This document shows, one piece after another, positions 9,541-18,469 of a stretch of DNA of 64,000 nt. Every line of letters begins with the position of its first letter. Positions within the stretch are counted from its first letter, which is position 1. The notes beneath the pieces are model-generated. The model ran no database searches. It saw only the letters and a program-made list of their open reading frames with translations, and had not been told where the DNA came from. Position numbers and translations under genes: made by a program. Origin of the DNA: an uncultured bacterium (GTDB lineage: Bacteria > Zixibacteria > MSB-5A5 > UBA10806); NCBI GenBank assembly GCA_965541585.1, contig CBEUCH010000001.1, forward strand, positions 384,001 to 448,000, given 5' to 3'.

Positions 9541-9578
9541 CAGATTGCCAATATTGTGATGATCGGGAGGAGGTTGTA

Positions 9579-11711
9579 ATGGATAGAAGTCTCGATGGGA
9601 TTTTCAGGCCGAAATCGATAGCCGTGATAGGCGCCTCGACGAGAAAGGGAACTATCGGCAGGGAAATCCTTCATAATCTCATAGAAAGTGAATTCAACGG
9701 CAAGGTTTTCCCTGTAAATCCCAAAGCCAGCGTGATTCATTCCATCAAATGCTATTCGACCATACTCGATGTCCCGGACGCTGTGGACCTCGCAATAGTA
9801 GTTGTGCCGCGCGACAGTGTTAAGATGATACTTGAGCAGTGCGGCGAAAAGGGGGTCAAGGGCGTCGTGGTGATTACATCGGGATTTAAGGAGACAGGTG
9901 AAGAGGGGGCTGAAAAGGAACTCGAGCTTATGGAGATCATCCGTAAATACAATATGCGGATGGTTGGCCCGAATTGTTTCGGAGTGCTCAACACCGATCC
10001 GAATTACTCCATGAATGCTACGTTTTCAAAGACAAAACCTCCCGTGGGTAATGTCGGTTTTATGTCCCAGTCCGGCGCGCTGGGTGAGGCGATACTCGAT
10101 TATGCCGATAGACTGCGGCTTGGCATCTCCATGTTTGCATCTGTGGGAAACAAGGCGGATATCTCCGGCAATGATATTTTAGCATACTGGCAGGACGATC
10201 CTATCACCGAGCTAATCCTTTTGTATCTCGAGAATTTCGGTGACCCTCGCCGGTTTACAAGAATAGCTCGCGGTATCACTCGCAAAAAACCGATCGTGGC
10301 GGTAAAGGCAGGGCGCACTGCTGCCGGGGCCAGGGCCGTAAGTTCGCACACGGGAGCGCTGGCAGGGCTCGATGTCGGTGCCGATGCCCTGTTTGATCAG
10401 TGTGGAGTCCAGAGGGTAACATCGGTGGATGAGCTTTTCGATGTTGCCATTGCCTTTACCAATCAACCATTGCCGGAGGGCGACAGAATAGCCGTGATCA
10501 CCAACGCCGGCGGCCCGGGGATACTGGCCACCGATGCCGTGGTTAGCCTGGGCATGAAAATGGCCGATTTTGAACCGAAGACACTTAAGCAGCTAAAAGC
10601 GAATCTACCTCCGATTGCCGCCATTAATAACCCCATTGACGTCATAGCCGCGGGCGGGTCGGATTCTTATCGGGTGGCCATGGATGCCGTCTTATCGGAT
10701 AAGAACGTCGACGGCGTAATAGTCATTTTTGTGCCTCCAATCGTGGTTGACCACGGGGCGGTGATAAAAGCCATTGTGGAGATGATAGCCAAACACCGTA
10801 ACAACAAAACCGTTTTAGGCTGTTTTATGGGCACTCCCGACGGAATCGCAGGTATAGAGGAGATGGCGAAGCACAAGATACCGATCTATACCTTTCCAGA
10901 ATCCGCAGCCAAAGCTATGTGGGCCATGACCCGCTATCGCAAATGGATCGAGAGACCTGAGGGAAAAATAGTTGATTTCAAGGTCAAAAAGGATCGGGTT
11001 CGGAGGATAGTAGATGCTGCGGCTAAAGCGAAGCGTGAGATTATAATCGGCGAAGAAGCCCTGGAGATTCTCGATGCCTATGGTGTCGGGGTCGCCAGAT
11101 CGATGAAGGCGAAATCCCAGCAGGATATGAAAAAAGCCGCATCGAAACTGGGATTTCCACTGGTAATGAAAATCGACGATCCGAAGATTATCCATAAGAC
11201 CGATGTCGGGGGCGTTGTAACAGATCTTCGCAATCAGGCCGAGTTGGACGATGCTTTCAGAAAAATGAAAAAGAGATTCAGTCGTCAGGGGAAGACGTTT
11301 ATCGGAGTAATCCTGCAGGAAATGGTGACAAGCGGAGTGGAAACCATCGTGGGTATGCACGACGATCCGTCCTTTGGTCCCCTGCTGATGTTCGGTCTCG
11401 GCGGGATATATGTAGAGGTTATGAAAGACGTGGCATTCAAGATACATCCGTTAACAGATTATGATGCCGAGGAGATGATAAAATCGGTCAAGGGATATCC
11501 CTTGCTGACCGGTTTCCGCGGTTCTCCGGCTGTGGATATAAAGATCCTCGAGAAGACTCTCCTGAGGCTCTCGCAATTGGTTTCAGATTTCCCTATATTT
11601 GAATCATTCGATGTCAATCCTTTTATCGCCAGCAAGAAAACCGGGAAATCGAAAGCAGTGGATGCCCGGTTCGTTCTGAAGATTGATCGGGATGAGGATC
11701 CATCCAGGTAG
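9579..11711 (+). CDS. NDP-forming acyl-CoA synthetase (acetate-CoA ligase ADP-forming family), fused alpha-beta
   Basis: CoA-binding IAVIGAS, GPNC.G, SQSGA, phospho-His SSHTG, and ATP-grasp IHKTDVGGV. Confidence 0.93.
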   Translation: MDRSLDGIFRPKSIAVIGASTRKGTIGREILHNLIESEFNGKVFPVNPKASVIHSIKCYSTILDVPDAVDLAIVVVPRDSVKMILEQCGEKGVKGVVVITSGFKETGEEGAEKELELMEIIRKYNMRMVGPNCFGVLNTDPNYSMNATFSKTKPPVGNVGFMSQSGALGEAILDYADRLRLGISMFASVGNKADISGNDILAYWQDDPITELILLYLENFGDPRRFTRIARGITRKKPIVAVKAGRTAAGARAVSSHTGALAGLDVGADALFDQCGVQRVTSVDELFDVAIAFTNQPLPEGDRIAVITNAGGPGILATDAVVSLGMKMADFEPKTLKQLKANLPPIAAINNPIDVIAAGGSDSYRVAMDAVLSDKNVDGVIVIFVPPIVVDHGAVIKAIVEMIAKHRNNKTVLGCFMGTPDGIAGIEEMAKHKIPIYTFPESAAKAMWAMTRYRKWIERPEGKIVDFKVKKDRVRRIVDAAAKAKREIIIGEEALEILDAYGVGVARSMKAKSQQDMKKAASKLGFPLVMKIDDPKIIHKTDVGGVVTDLRNQAELDDAFRKMKKRFSRQGKTFIGVILQEMVTSGVETIVGMHDDPSFGPLLMFGLGGIYVEVMKDVAFKIHPLTDYDAEEMIKSVKGYPLLTGFRGSPAVDIKILEKTLLRLSQLVSDFPIFESFDVNPFIASKKTGKSKAVDARFVLKIDRDEDPSR

Positions 11712-11785
11712 ACTTATCTTCAGCACGAATTCTCTTGGATACATATGATCTCCGCGCAAAAGTAGCGGATAAGCCCCATTTCCAC

Positions 11786-11814
11786 TTGCAGGCCTGCACG
11801 ATCAATGTTATTAT
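11786..11814 (+). promoter_or_regulatory. sigma70 promoter of the oah-dch operon
   Basis: TTGCAG-N17-TATTAT with extended -10 TGn. Confidence 0.6.
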
Positions 11815-11948
11815 GGTCAGGGCGCAGATCTGACGTTTTAGCTGGCGGGGGCGGAGCGATAATCGGATCGAATTGAGTCAAAATCGATTAAACTTGTTTA
11901 AATTTAATAGATGAGGTTTTAAGAACATATAGCAAAGAAGAGGGAGAT

Positions 11949-12908
11949 ATGGATACTTTTCAGCCTAAAAAACCGGAAGATTACGGATTTAAAGAGATTA
12001 TCTACCAAAAGAAAGACTGGGTGGCTCGTATCACGATAAACAGGCCGAAGTTTTACAACGCCTACAATACGCCGTGCCTTCAAGAATTGACGACGGCTTT
12101 CACCGATGCTTCCTGGGATGATGCAGTCGGAGTGGTGATCTTCACCGGCGCAGGCGAAAAGGCCTTTTGCACCGGCGGCGATGTCAAGGAATATGCCGCT
12201 TATTACACCCAGAAACCGCGTGATTATTTTAAGTATATGGGGCTTTTTGCGGGCTACATCGAGGCGATTCTTAAGTGCGGCAAGCCGGTTATCTGCCGTC
12301 TGAACGGTATGGCCGTGGGCGGCGGCAACGAGTCGCACATGGCATGCGATCTCTCCATAATGGCTGATGATACGTACATAGGCCAGATTGGGACCAACGT
12401 CGGTTCAGTGGCCTGCGGGGGGGCCACGCAATGGCTGCCTATTTTTGTCGGCGACCGGCGTGCCAGGGAGATTCTCTTCCTGAACGAAAGAATCAAACCG
12501 GAAAAAGCGCTGGACTGGGGATTGGTCACTCAAGTCGTACCTCGCGATCAACTGGATGACGCCTGCGCGGAGATGGCCGACAAAATGCTCAACAAGTTCC
12601 CGGAATGTATGCGTTACACCAAGACACAGATTAATTATTGGAAGGAGCAGGTCTGGTATGCCACTATCGGCCATGCCCGAGACTGGCTGACCCTGCATTT
12701 TTCCTCCTGGGAGCCTAACGAGGGCATGCAGGCATTCGTAGAAAAACGCAAGGCCGATTATATGGGTCTGCGTAAGATTGCTGCCGAAGGGGGCTCATCG
12801 GAATTCAAATACGGGCCATATAAGCATGTATGCAAAGCCTGCGGCGCAACCCAGCTTCCGGGATTGCACAAATTCTGCGGCATGTGCGGCGCAAAATTAG
12901 AGGTATAG
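11949..12908 (+). CDS. oah: 6-oxocyclohex-1-ene-1-carbonyl-CoA hydrolase-like crotonase (Oah/BzdY/BamA) with C-terminal zinc ribbon
   Basis: KAFCTGGDVKEYA..YY..P..Y..YM.LF, KPVICR.NGM..GGG.E..MACD and GGAT..LP resemble the ring-opening hydrolase; bzd context; CxxC..CxxC tail. Confidence 0.8.
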   Translation: MDTFQPKKPEDYGFKEIIYQKKDWVARITINRPKFYNAYNTPCLQELTTAFTDASWDDAVGVVIFTGAGEKAFCTGGDVKEYAAYYTQKPRDYFKYMGLFAGYIEAILKCGKPVICRLNGMAVGGGNESHMACDLSIMADDTYIGQIGTNVGSVACGGATQWLPIFVGDRRAREILFLNERIKPEKALDWGLVTQVVPRDQLDDACAEMADKMLNKFPECMRYTKTQINYWKEQVWYATIGHARDWLTLHFSSWEPNEGMQAFVEKRKADYMGLRKIAAEGGSSEFKYGPYKHVCKACGATQLPGLHKFCGMCGAKLEV

Positions 12909-13664
12909 ATGTCTAAAAAAGACTCCGGCTGGTGGGATGATTTCTTCCCGGCGTTCACGCCGATTTTCGGCACTGTATCTCAAAAAGTGACTAATGCTCA
13001 CGCCCGCTACGTCATTAAGAAACTGGATCTCAAACCCGGGAAAAAATTCCTCGATTGCGCCTGTGGTATCGGCAGAATCGCATTGCCCATGGCGAAAAAG
13101 GGTATCAGGGTCACGGGCGTTGATTTTATGCAATCCTATCTTGACGAGCTTGCAAAAAAGGCCAAACGGAGCGGTTTGAAAATCGACCTGCAGAATTGTG
13201 ATATGAGGCGGATAAATTTCGATTCTGCGTTCGATGCGTGCGGCAATCTCTGGACATCGTTCGGTTTTTTTGAAAAGGAATCGGACAATCTTCTCGTGCT
13301 GAAGAAGATGTATCGTGCGCTCAAGCCGGGGGGGAAGTTCATGCTGCATGTTATCAATCGCGATTGGATCATGGCCAAATATGAATCCACCGATTGGTTT
13401 GAGGTTAAGGGTGTGAAGGTTATGCAAAAGCGCAGTTTCGATTATGCCAGATCGATCAATTGCGGCACCTGGTTTTTCCTTAAGGATGGCAAAGAAGAGT
13501 CTTTTGATGTCAACATTCGGATGTATTCTTTCCATGAATTGATCGGCATGTTTAAATCTGTCGGGTTCGTCGATATAGAAGGGTATGGGTCGGTGAAGGA
13601 TGAACCTATCAGCCGGGATACGATGATGATGTTTATAATCGGCACCAGGCCCAGAAGGAGTTGA
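12909..13664 (+). CDS. Class I SAM-dependent methyltransferase
   Basis: FLDCACGIGR motif I, GVD, CDMR, TSFGFF and LKPGGKF. Confidence 0.9.
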   Translation: MSKKDSGWWDDFFPAFTPIFGTVSQKVTNAHARYVIKKLDLKPGKKFLDCACGIGRIALPMAKKGIRVTGVDFMQSYLDELAKKAKRSGLKIDLQNCDMRRINFDSAFDACGNLWTSFGFFEKESDNLLVLKKMYRALKPGGKFMLHVINRDWIMAKYESTDWFEVKGVKVMQKRSFDYARSINCGTWFFLKDGKEESFDVNIRMYSFHELIGMFKSVGFVDIEGYGSVKDEPISRDTMMMFIIGTRPRRS

Positions 13665-13665
13665 A

Positions 13666-14412
13666 ATGTTTGATTTGAAGAATAAAGTTGCCATAGTAAC
13701 CGGATCGTCGCTGGGTATCGGCTCGGCGGCGGCGCTATACCTGGCGAAATGCGGCGCCGACGTGGCCGTGAATTACCGTAAGCACGACGCCGAGGCCAAT
13801 GCACTGGCCGACGAGATTAAGAAGCTCGGCCGAAAATCGATGGCTATTCAATGCGATGTATCGTCATTTGAAGACGCGGCGAAAATGGTCGAGGATGTTA
13901 TTGCGGAATTTGGCAAATTGGATTTTCTGATTAATAACGCCGGCATAAACCGCGACGGTGTCATCTGGAAAATGACCGAGGAGATGTGGGATTCGGTGCT
14001 GGATACCGACCTCAAAGGGTATTTCAATTTCATCCGGGCGGCATCGCCGAAATTCCGCGAGCAGAAATCGGGCAGGATAATCAACGTCACATCGATTAAC
14101 GGGCTAAGGGGCAAATTCGGTCAAGCTAACTATTCGGCTGCCAAGGCCGGTATTATAGGGCTAACGAAGGCGGTGGCAAGAGAATTGGGTAAGTATTCTG
14201 TCAACGTGAATGCCGTTGCCCCGGGTATGATACTCACCGATATGATGTCGGACCTTCCCGAAGAGGTTAAGCAGAAGGCTGTTGATGAGACGGTGCTCGG
14301 CCGGCTCGGCGAGCCGCAGGAGGTGGCGTCGGTGATAGCGTTTCTTTGCAGCGAGGAATCTCGTCATATAACAGGCGAGGTGATCAAGATAGACGGCGGG
14401 CAATATATGTAG
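13666..14412 (+). CDS. Short-chain dehydrogenase (FabG-like; probable 3-hydroxyacyl-CoA dehydrogenase of the BzdZ type)
   Basis: TGxxxGIG, NNAG and YSAAK motifs; specific role inferred from context. Confidence 0.88.
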   Translation: MFDLKNKVAIVTGSSLGIGSAAALYLAKCGADVAVNYRKHDAEANALADEIKKLGRKSMAIQCDVSSFEDAAKMVEDVIAEFGKLDFLINNAGINRDGVIWKMTEEMWDSVLDTDLKGYFNFIRAASPKFREQKSGRIINVTSINGLRGKFGQANYSAAKAGIIGLTKAVARELGKYSVNVNAVAPGMILTDMMSDLPEEVKQKAVDETVLGRLGEPQEVASVIAFLCSEESRHITGEVIKIDGGQYM

Positions 14413-14437
14413 GGTAGTATTTTAACGGGGGATAAAT

Positions 14438-14495
14438 GTAGGCGGCCAGCTCGTCCGGCCGCATGCGGGGTGTCGGCATTAAAATGCCGACCTAC
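14438..14495. repeat. GTAG-type REP-like doublet
   Basis: GTAG-GCGGCC..GGCCGC hairpin followed by GTCGGCATT-AA-AATGCCGAC-CTAC hairpin in inverted arrangement. Confidence 0.6.
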
Positions 14496-14538
14496 GAAAG
14501 AAAAAGACAATAAAGAAACAAATGAAAAAGGATAATCG

Positions 14539-15723
14539 ATGAACCTAAACGATGTAGTCTGTATCTCCGCCTGCCGCACGCCCATGGGAAGATTTGGCGG
14601 TACGTTGAAGAATATGGCCGCTTTCGATATAGGCGCGGTAGCCATAAAAGAAGCTGTTAAAAGATCGGGCCTGAAACCTGATGATATAAGCGAGGCAATA
14701 CTCGGCAGCTGCCGGCAGGCGGGAAACGGCCCCAACCCATCGAGGACGGCGGCCGTTAGAGGAGGAATTCCAGAATCAGTTCCCACTCAAACGATAAATA
14801 TGGCCTGCCCGTCGGGGATGAAAGCGATCCAGCTCGCCAGCCAGGCGATTCGGCTGGGCGATTCGGAAGTCGTCCTGGTCGGTGGTTTCGATTCTATGTC
14901 GACCATACCGTATCTTTTGAAAAATGCCCGCTGGGATGGTTTCAAGATGGGCGATAAGACGCTTCAAGACGGGTGGTCTGATTCTATCGATCCTTTGATC
15001 AACCAGGGGATGGGCCAGACGGCGGAAAACCTCGCGGATAAATATAAGATCACTCGTGAGGAGCAGGACCAGTTTGCGTTATCATCGCATACGAAAGCTG
15101 CGAAGGCCCAGGACGAGGGATGGTTCGATGAGGAGATAGTGCCGATAGAGGTTATCTCGAGGAGAGAAACTATTACGTTTGCAAAAGACGAAACGGTCAG
15201 GCGCGACACAACCATAGAAAAACTGGCGAAGCTGAGGCCGGCATTTAAGAAGGACGGTACAGTTACAGCCGGCAATGCCTGCGGCATGTCTGACGGCGCC
15301 TGCGGATTGGTGTTAACCAGCAGGGATAAAGCGAACGCTATGGGCGCGAAACCCATATTTTCAATCCTGGCATATTCGGCTGTGGCTGTGGGACCGTCGA
15401 CAATGGGGGAGGGCCCCGGCGTAGCCATCCCGGCAGTTCTTGAAAAAACGGGTATGGGTATAAACGATCCCGACCTGATTGAGGTCAACGAGGCGTTTGC
15501 TGTGCAGATTCTCTCAAATGAGAAAGTCCTCGGCTGGAACCGCGACAAACTGAACGTCCACGGCGGAGCGATTGCGCTGGGTCACCCTACAGGGATATCG
15601 GGCGCAAGAATATTGGTAACGTTGTATCATGCTCTCAAGACCCACAATGGCGAAACAGGTCTGGCGGCGATATGCGGCGGCGGTGGTGTATCCATGGCCA
15701 TGATGATCAAAAGGGAGTCGTAA
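14539..15723 (+). CDS. Acetyl-CoA C-acyltransferase (thiolase)
   Basis: Catalytic NMAC, NEAFA, HGGAIALGHP and AICGGGG motifs. Confidence 0.95.
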   Translation: MNLNDVVCISACRTPMGRFGGTLKNMAAFDIGAVAIKEAVKRSGLKPDDISEAILGSCRQAGNGPNPSRTAAVRGGIPESVPTQTINMACPSGMKAIQLASQAIRLGDSEVVLVGGFDSMSTIPYLLKNARWDGFKMGDKTLQDGWSDSIDPLINQGMGQTAENLADKYKITREEQDQFALSSHTKAAKAQDEGWFDEEIVPIEVISRRETITFAKDETVRRDTTIEKLAKLRPAFKKDGTVTAGNACGMSDGACGLVLTSRDKANAMGAKPIFSILAYSAVAVGPSTMGEGPGVAIPAVLEKTGMGINDPDLIEVNEAFAVQILSNEKVLGWNRDKLNVHGGAIALGHPTGISGARILVTLYHALKTHNGETGLAAICGGGGVSMAMMIKRES

Positions 15724-15724
15724 G

Positions 15725-16498
15725 ATGGCTGAATACAAACATATTTGCTATGAGGAATCGGATAAAATCGGCTTCCTTACTCTGCAGAGAGATGACGGTA
15801 TAAACGTGCTCAATATCGAGATGATGGAGGAGATCAATTCTGCATTGAAATCTCTGGACGCTGGCCGGAACCTGAAAGCTCTAGTATTAAAGGCCAAAGG
15901 CAAGGCCTTCTCGGCCGGCGTTGATGTATCAGAACATACCGCGGAACTGGTCAATAAGATGATTGATGCATTTCATAAGATATTTCGTCTCCTCGATAAG
16001 ATGGAATGCCCGACCATCGCCCAGGTTCACGGCGCCGCGCTGGGTGGTGGCTGCGAGTTGGCATGTTTCTGTGATATGGTTCTTGCCGGGGAGGGAGTCA
16101 AATTCGGGCAGCCTGAGATCAAGGTAGGCGTTTTCCCGCCGGTGGCGGCAGCGGCGTTTCCGCAATACGCTCATCTGAAAAAAGTCTATGAGCTTTTGCT
16201 TGTCGGAGATGTTGTACTTTCCGACGAAGCCGAAAGAATGGGGCTGGTCAACCGAGTTTATCCGAAAGAGGAGTTCGAGAAGAAATGCCAGGAGTTTGTA
16301 TATAGATTAGCCTCCAATTCGGCGGCCATCCTGCGCTTGACCAAAAAGGCAATAAGGGCCGGTATGGGAAAACCGTTCTCCGAAGCATTGCCCGTGATTG
16401 AGAACATGTATCTTAAAGATATGATGCAAACCAAGGACGCTCATGAGGGCTTGGCGGCATTTATGGGAAAAAGAAGGCCGGAGTGGAGGGATGAGTAG
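15725..16498 (+). CDS. dch: Cyclohexa-1,5-dienecarbonyl-CoA hydratase-like crotonase (Dch/BzdW/BamR)
   Basis: AFSAGVDVSEH, ALGGGCEL, FGQPEIKVGVFPP and MYL..MM.T.DA.EG motifs; bzd context. Confidence 0.8.
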   Translation: MAEYKHICYEESDKIGFLTLQRDDGINVLNIEMMEEINSALKSLDAGRNLKALVLKAKGKAFSAGVDVSEHTAELVNKMIDAFHKIFRLLDKMECPTIAQVHGAALGGGCELACFCDMVLAGEGVKFGQPEIKVGVFPPVAAAAFPQYAHLKKVYELLLVGDVVLSDEAERMGLVNRVYPKEEFEKKCQEFVYRLASNSAAILRLTKKAIRAGMGKPFSEALPVIENMYLKDMMQTKDAHEGLAAFMGKRRPEWRDE

Positions 16499-16558
16499 AA
16501 CCGACTTTACACGTGGAACTTTCCTGTATAGTGATTTACATAAACAACGGAGTTTGCC

Positions 16559-17728
16559 ATGAGAGCTTTATTTGTTTATCGGAGGCATGCCATTTGGCTT
16601 TTGTCATGTTTTCTTGTTCTTATGGCAAGTGTAGGGCGATCTGAGGTAATCTCCATCGAAGAATTTTTACGCGTAAGCATGGCATCAAAATCAGTAACTC
16701 AAGTTTATTCATATGATATTGGGGAGGATATTAAGGGATATGAAAGTGGGAATGGTCTTTTTGCTGTACGAACTAGCAGCAGTATAAAGATTTTTAATTC
16801 AGAAGGTGAAATCCAAACCTTCACTCCCTCATCGCGTATGGTTATAAAGGAATTCCTGGAAAACAAAAATATGTTTTTCGCGTCTACTCAGAATGAAAAT
16901 GGAGATTACGTACTTGGGTTATTTAAATTGGATGGGTCTCCCATAAAGTTTTACTCTAATCCTTATGTCCTGCCTTCTCCAGGAGGAGAATATTTATACA
17001 CCGGGTGCTCAATGTTAAGTTCGGGTCCCATTTACGTATATGATAAGGAAGATAATTTTAATTTTCAAATTCCGAATCGGTTCGAATGTCAAGTATCTGC
17101 CCCTTCGGACTCCCAATTGATTGTCTTACATTACCAATCTCTTTCCTTGTGGAATGTTAACACCCGGCAAAAAATATGGGAGTCAGATATTCCCAGGGAA
17201 GACTATTTTACCGACAGTGCATTCAAGATTACATATTCTGTTAAGGCAAATATCATTGTCGTTCGAGACATGATTGGCTGCCATTGTTATGATTTTCAGG
17301 GCAATTTCCTGTGGGCACAGGAAAGCCCTGGCAATAACAGGCATATTAACATGGTTGGAGTCTCCGAGGAAGACGGGAATGTTGTAATAACCGCTAATGA
17401 GGGCTTGATCAAATTAAATATATTTAGCCGCGACGGCGGTTTGCTTAGCGAGCCCGAGATTCCCTTAGGCCCGGATTGCCTTTTCTCAGCAAACGTGACC
17501 CCCGGTACCGCAGAGGTTTTTCCTAATTTCATATTTCTTCCATTCATGGCGAATACTGGTGAAGACAGGAAGCGGGTCACCGGTATTCTCTATTATGATG
17601 ATAGTGAATGGATTGCCGGCGTGGTAGAAGGATCCTGGTATTTACTGAGATCCTCAAATGATGAATGCACCTTAATTGGCCTGAAAAAAGAAACAAGAGA
17701 ATTATCGGCTTTTTCAATAAACTATTGA
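16559..17728 (+). CDS. Hypothetical exported protein, possibly beta-propeller
   Basis: 389-aa ORF with N-terminal hydrophobic signal; beta-strand-rich; visibly AT-richer than its neighbours. Confidence 0.7.
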   Translation: MRALFVYRRHAIWLLSCFLVLMASVGRSEVISIEEFLRVSMASKSVTQVYSYDIGEDIKGYESGNGLFAVRTSSSIKIFNSEGEIQTFTPSSRMVIKEFLENKNMFFASTQNENGDYVLGLFKLDGSPIKFYSNPYVLPSPGGEYLYTGCSMLSSGPIYVYDKEDNFNFQIPNRFECQVSAPSDSQLIVLHYQSLSLWNVNTRQKIWESDIPREDYFTDSAFKITYSVKANIIVVRDMIGCHCYDFQGNFLWAQESPGNNRHINMVGVSEEDGNVVITANEGLIKLNIFSRDGGLLSEPEIPLGPDCLFSANVTPGTAEVFPNFIFLPFMANTGEDRKRVTGILYYDDSEWIAGVVEGSWYLLRSSNDECTLIGLKKETRELSAFSINY

Positions 17729-17767
17729 TTATGATTCCCGTAATCGATGAATAATTCCATTTTTCCC

Positions 17768-17820
17768 TTGACACCGATACTTCTACCCTATATTATTAGA
17801 ACGAACGTTCGATTTAATAA
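17768..17820 (+). promoter_or_regulatory. sigma70 promoter plus palindromic operator of the tetR-bzd operon
   Basis: TTGACA(17768)-N17-TATTAT(17791); 28-bp imperfect palindrome 17793-17820 with perfect core CGAACGTTCG. Confidence 0.8.
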
Positions 17821-17841
17821 ATTTCGGGTGAGGAGCCCAGG

Positions 17842-18453
17842 ATGCCGGAAGCTAGCACAAAATCGATCCCAATACGGCGTAACCGTCAGTATGAAAAGAG
17901 GTTAGGCTCCATATTGAAAGCCGCGGCGGAGATCATCGCCAATGACGGCTTCGAGGGGGCCTCGGTCAGGAAAGTGGCTGCCAGAGCCGGAATCGGGCTT
18001 TCAGGCATCTACTACTATTTCAAAAGCAAAGACGAGATGCTTTTCGCGATGCAGGAAAACACGTTTTCCATGCTGGTGGAATCTCTCGAGCAAAAACTAA
18101 AAAATGCTCATTCTCCAGAGGACAGGTTGAAAGCCGTGATAGACAACCATCTTCAATTCTTCTCGCAACAGATGAACGATCTCAAGGTCTGCTCCCATGA
18201 AATAGAATCGTTATCGGGCGCCTATTATGATGAGATTCTGAAGATCAGGAAAGAATACTATAAACTGGTCAGGGATGTCATCAATGAGAATATTCCCGGA
18301 CCCGGTTGTATCGATGCCAACCTGGCGGCGTTATTTTTATTTGGCTCTTTGAACTGGATGTATATGTGGTATGACAGAAAAATAAATCCCGATCTTGAAA
18401 AACTCTCCAATCAGCTCTTGAGGATATTTCTGGAGGGAATAAAAGCAACCTAA
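17842..18453 (+). CDS. TetR-family regulator (KstR2/PaaR-like C-terminal domain)
   Basis: HTH region GFEGASVRKVA..AG....IYYYFKSK; C-terminal LFGSLNWMYMWY. Confidence 0.93.
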   Translation: MPEASTKSIPIRRNRQYEKRLGSILKAAAEIIANDGFEGASVRKVAARAGIGLSGIYYYFKSKDEMLFAMQENTFSMLVESLEQKLKNAHSPEDRLKAVIDNHLQFFSQQMNDLKVCSHEIESLSGAYYDEILKIRKEYYKLVRDVINENIPGPGCIDANLAALFLFGSLNWMYMWYDRKINPDLEKLSNQLLRIFLEGIKAT

Positions 18454-18469
18454 CCATCGCAGAGGAGTT

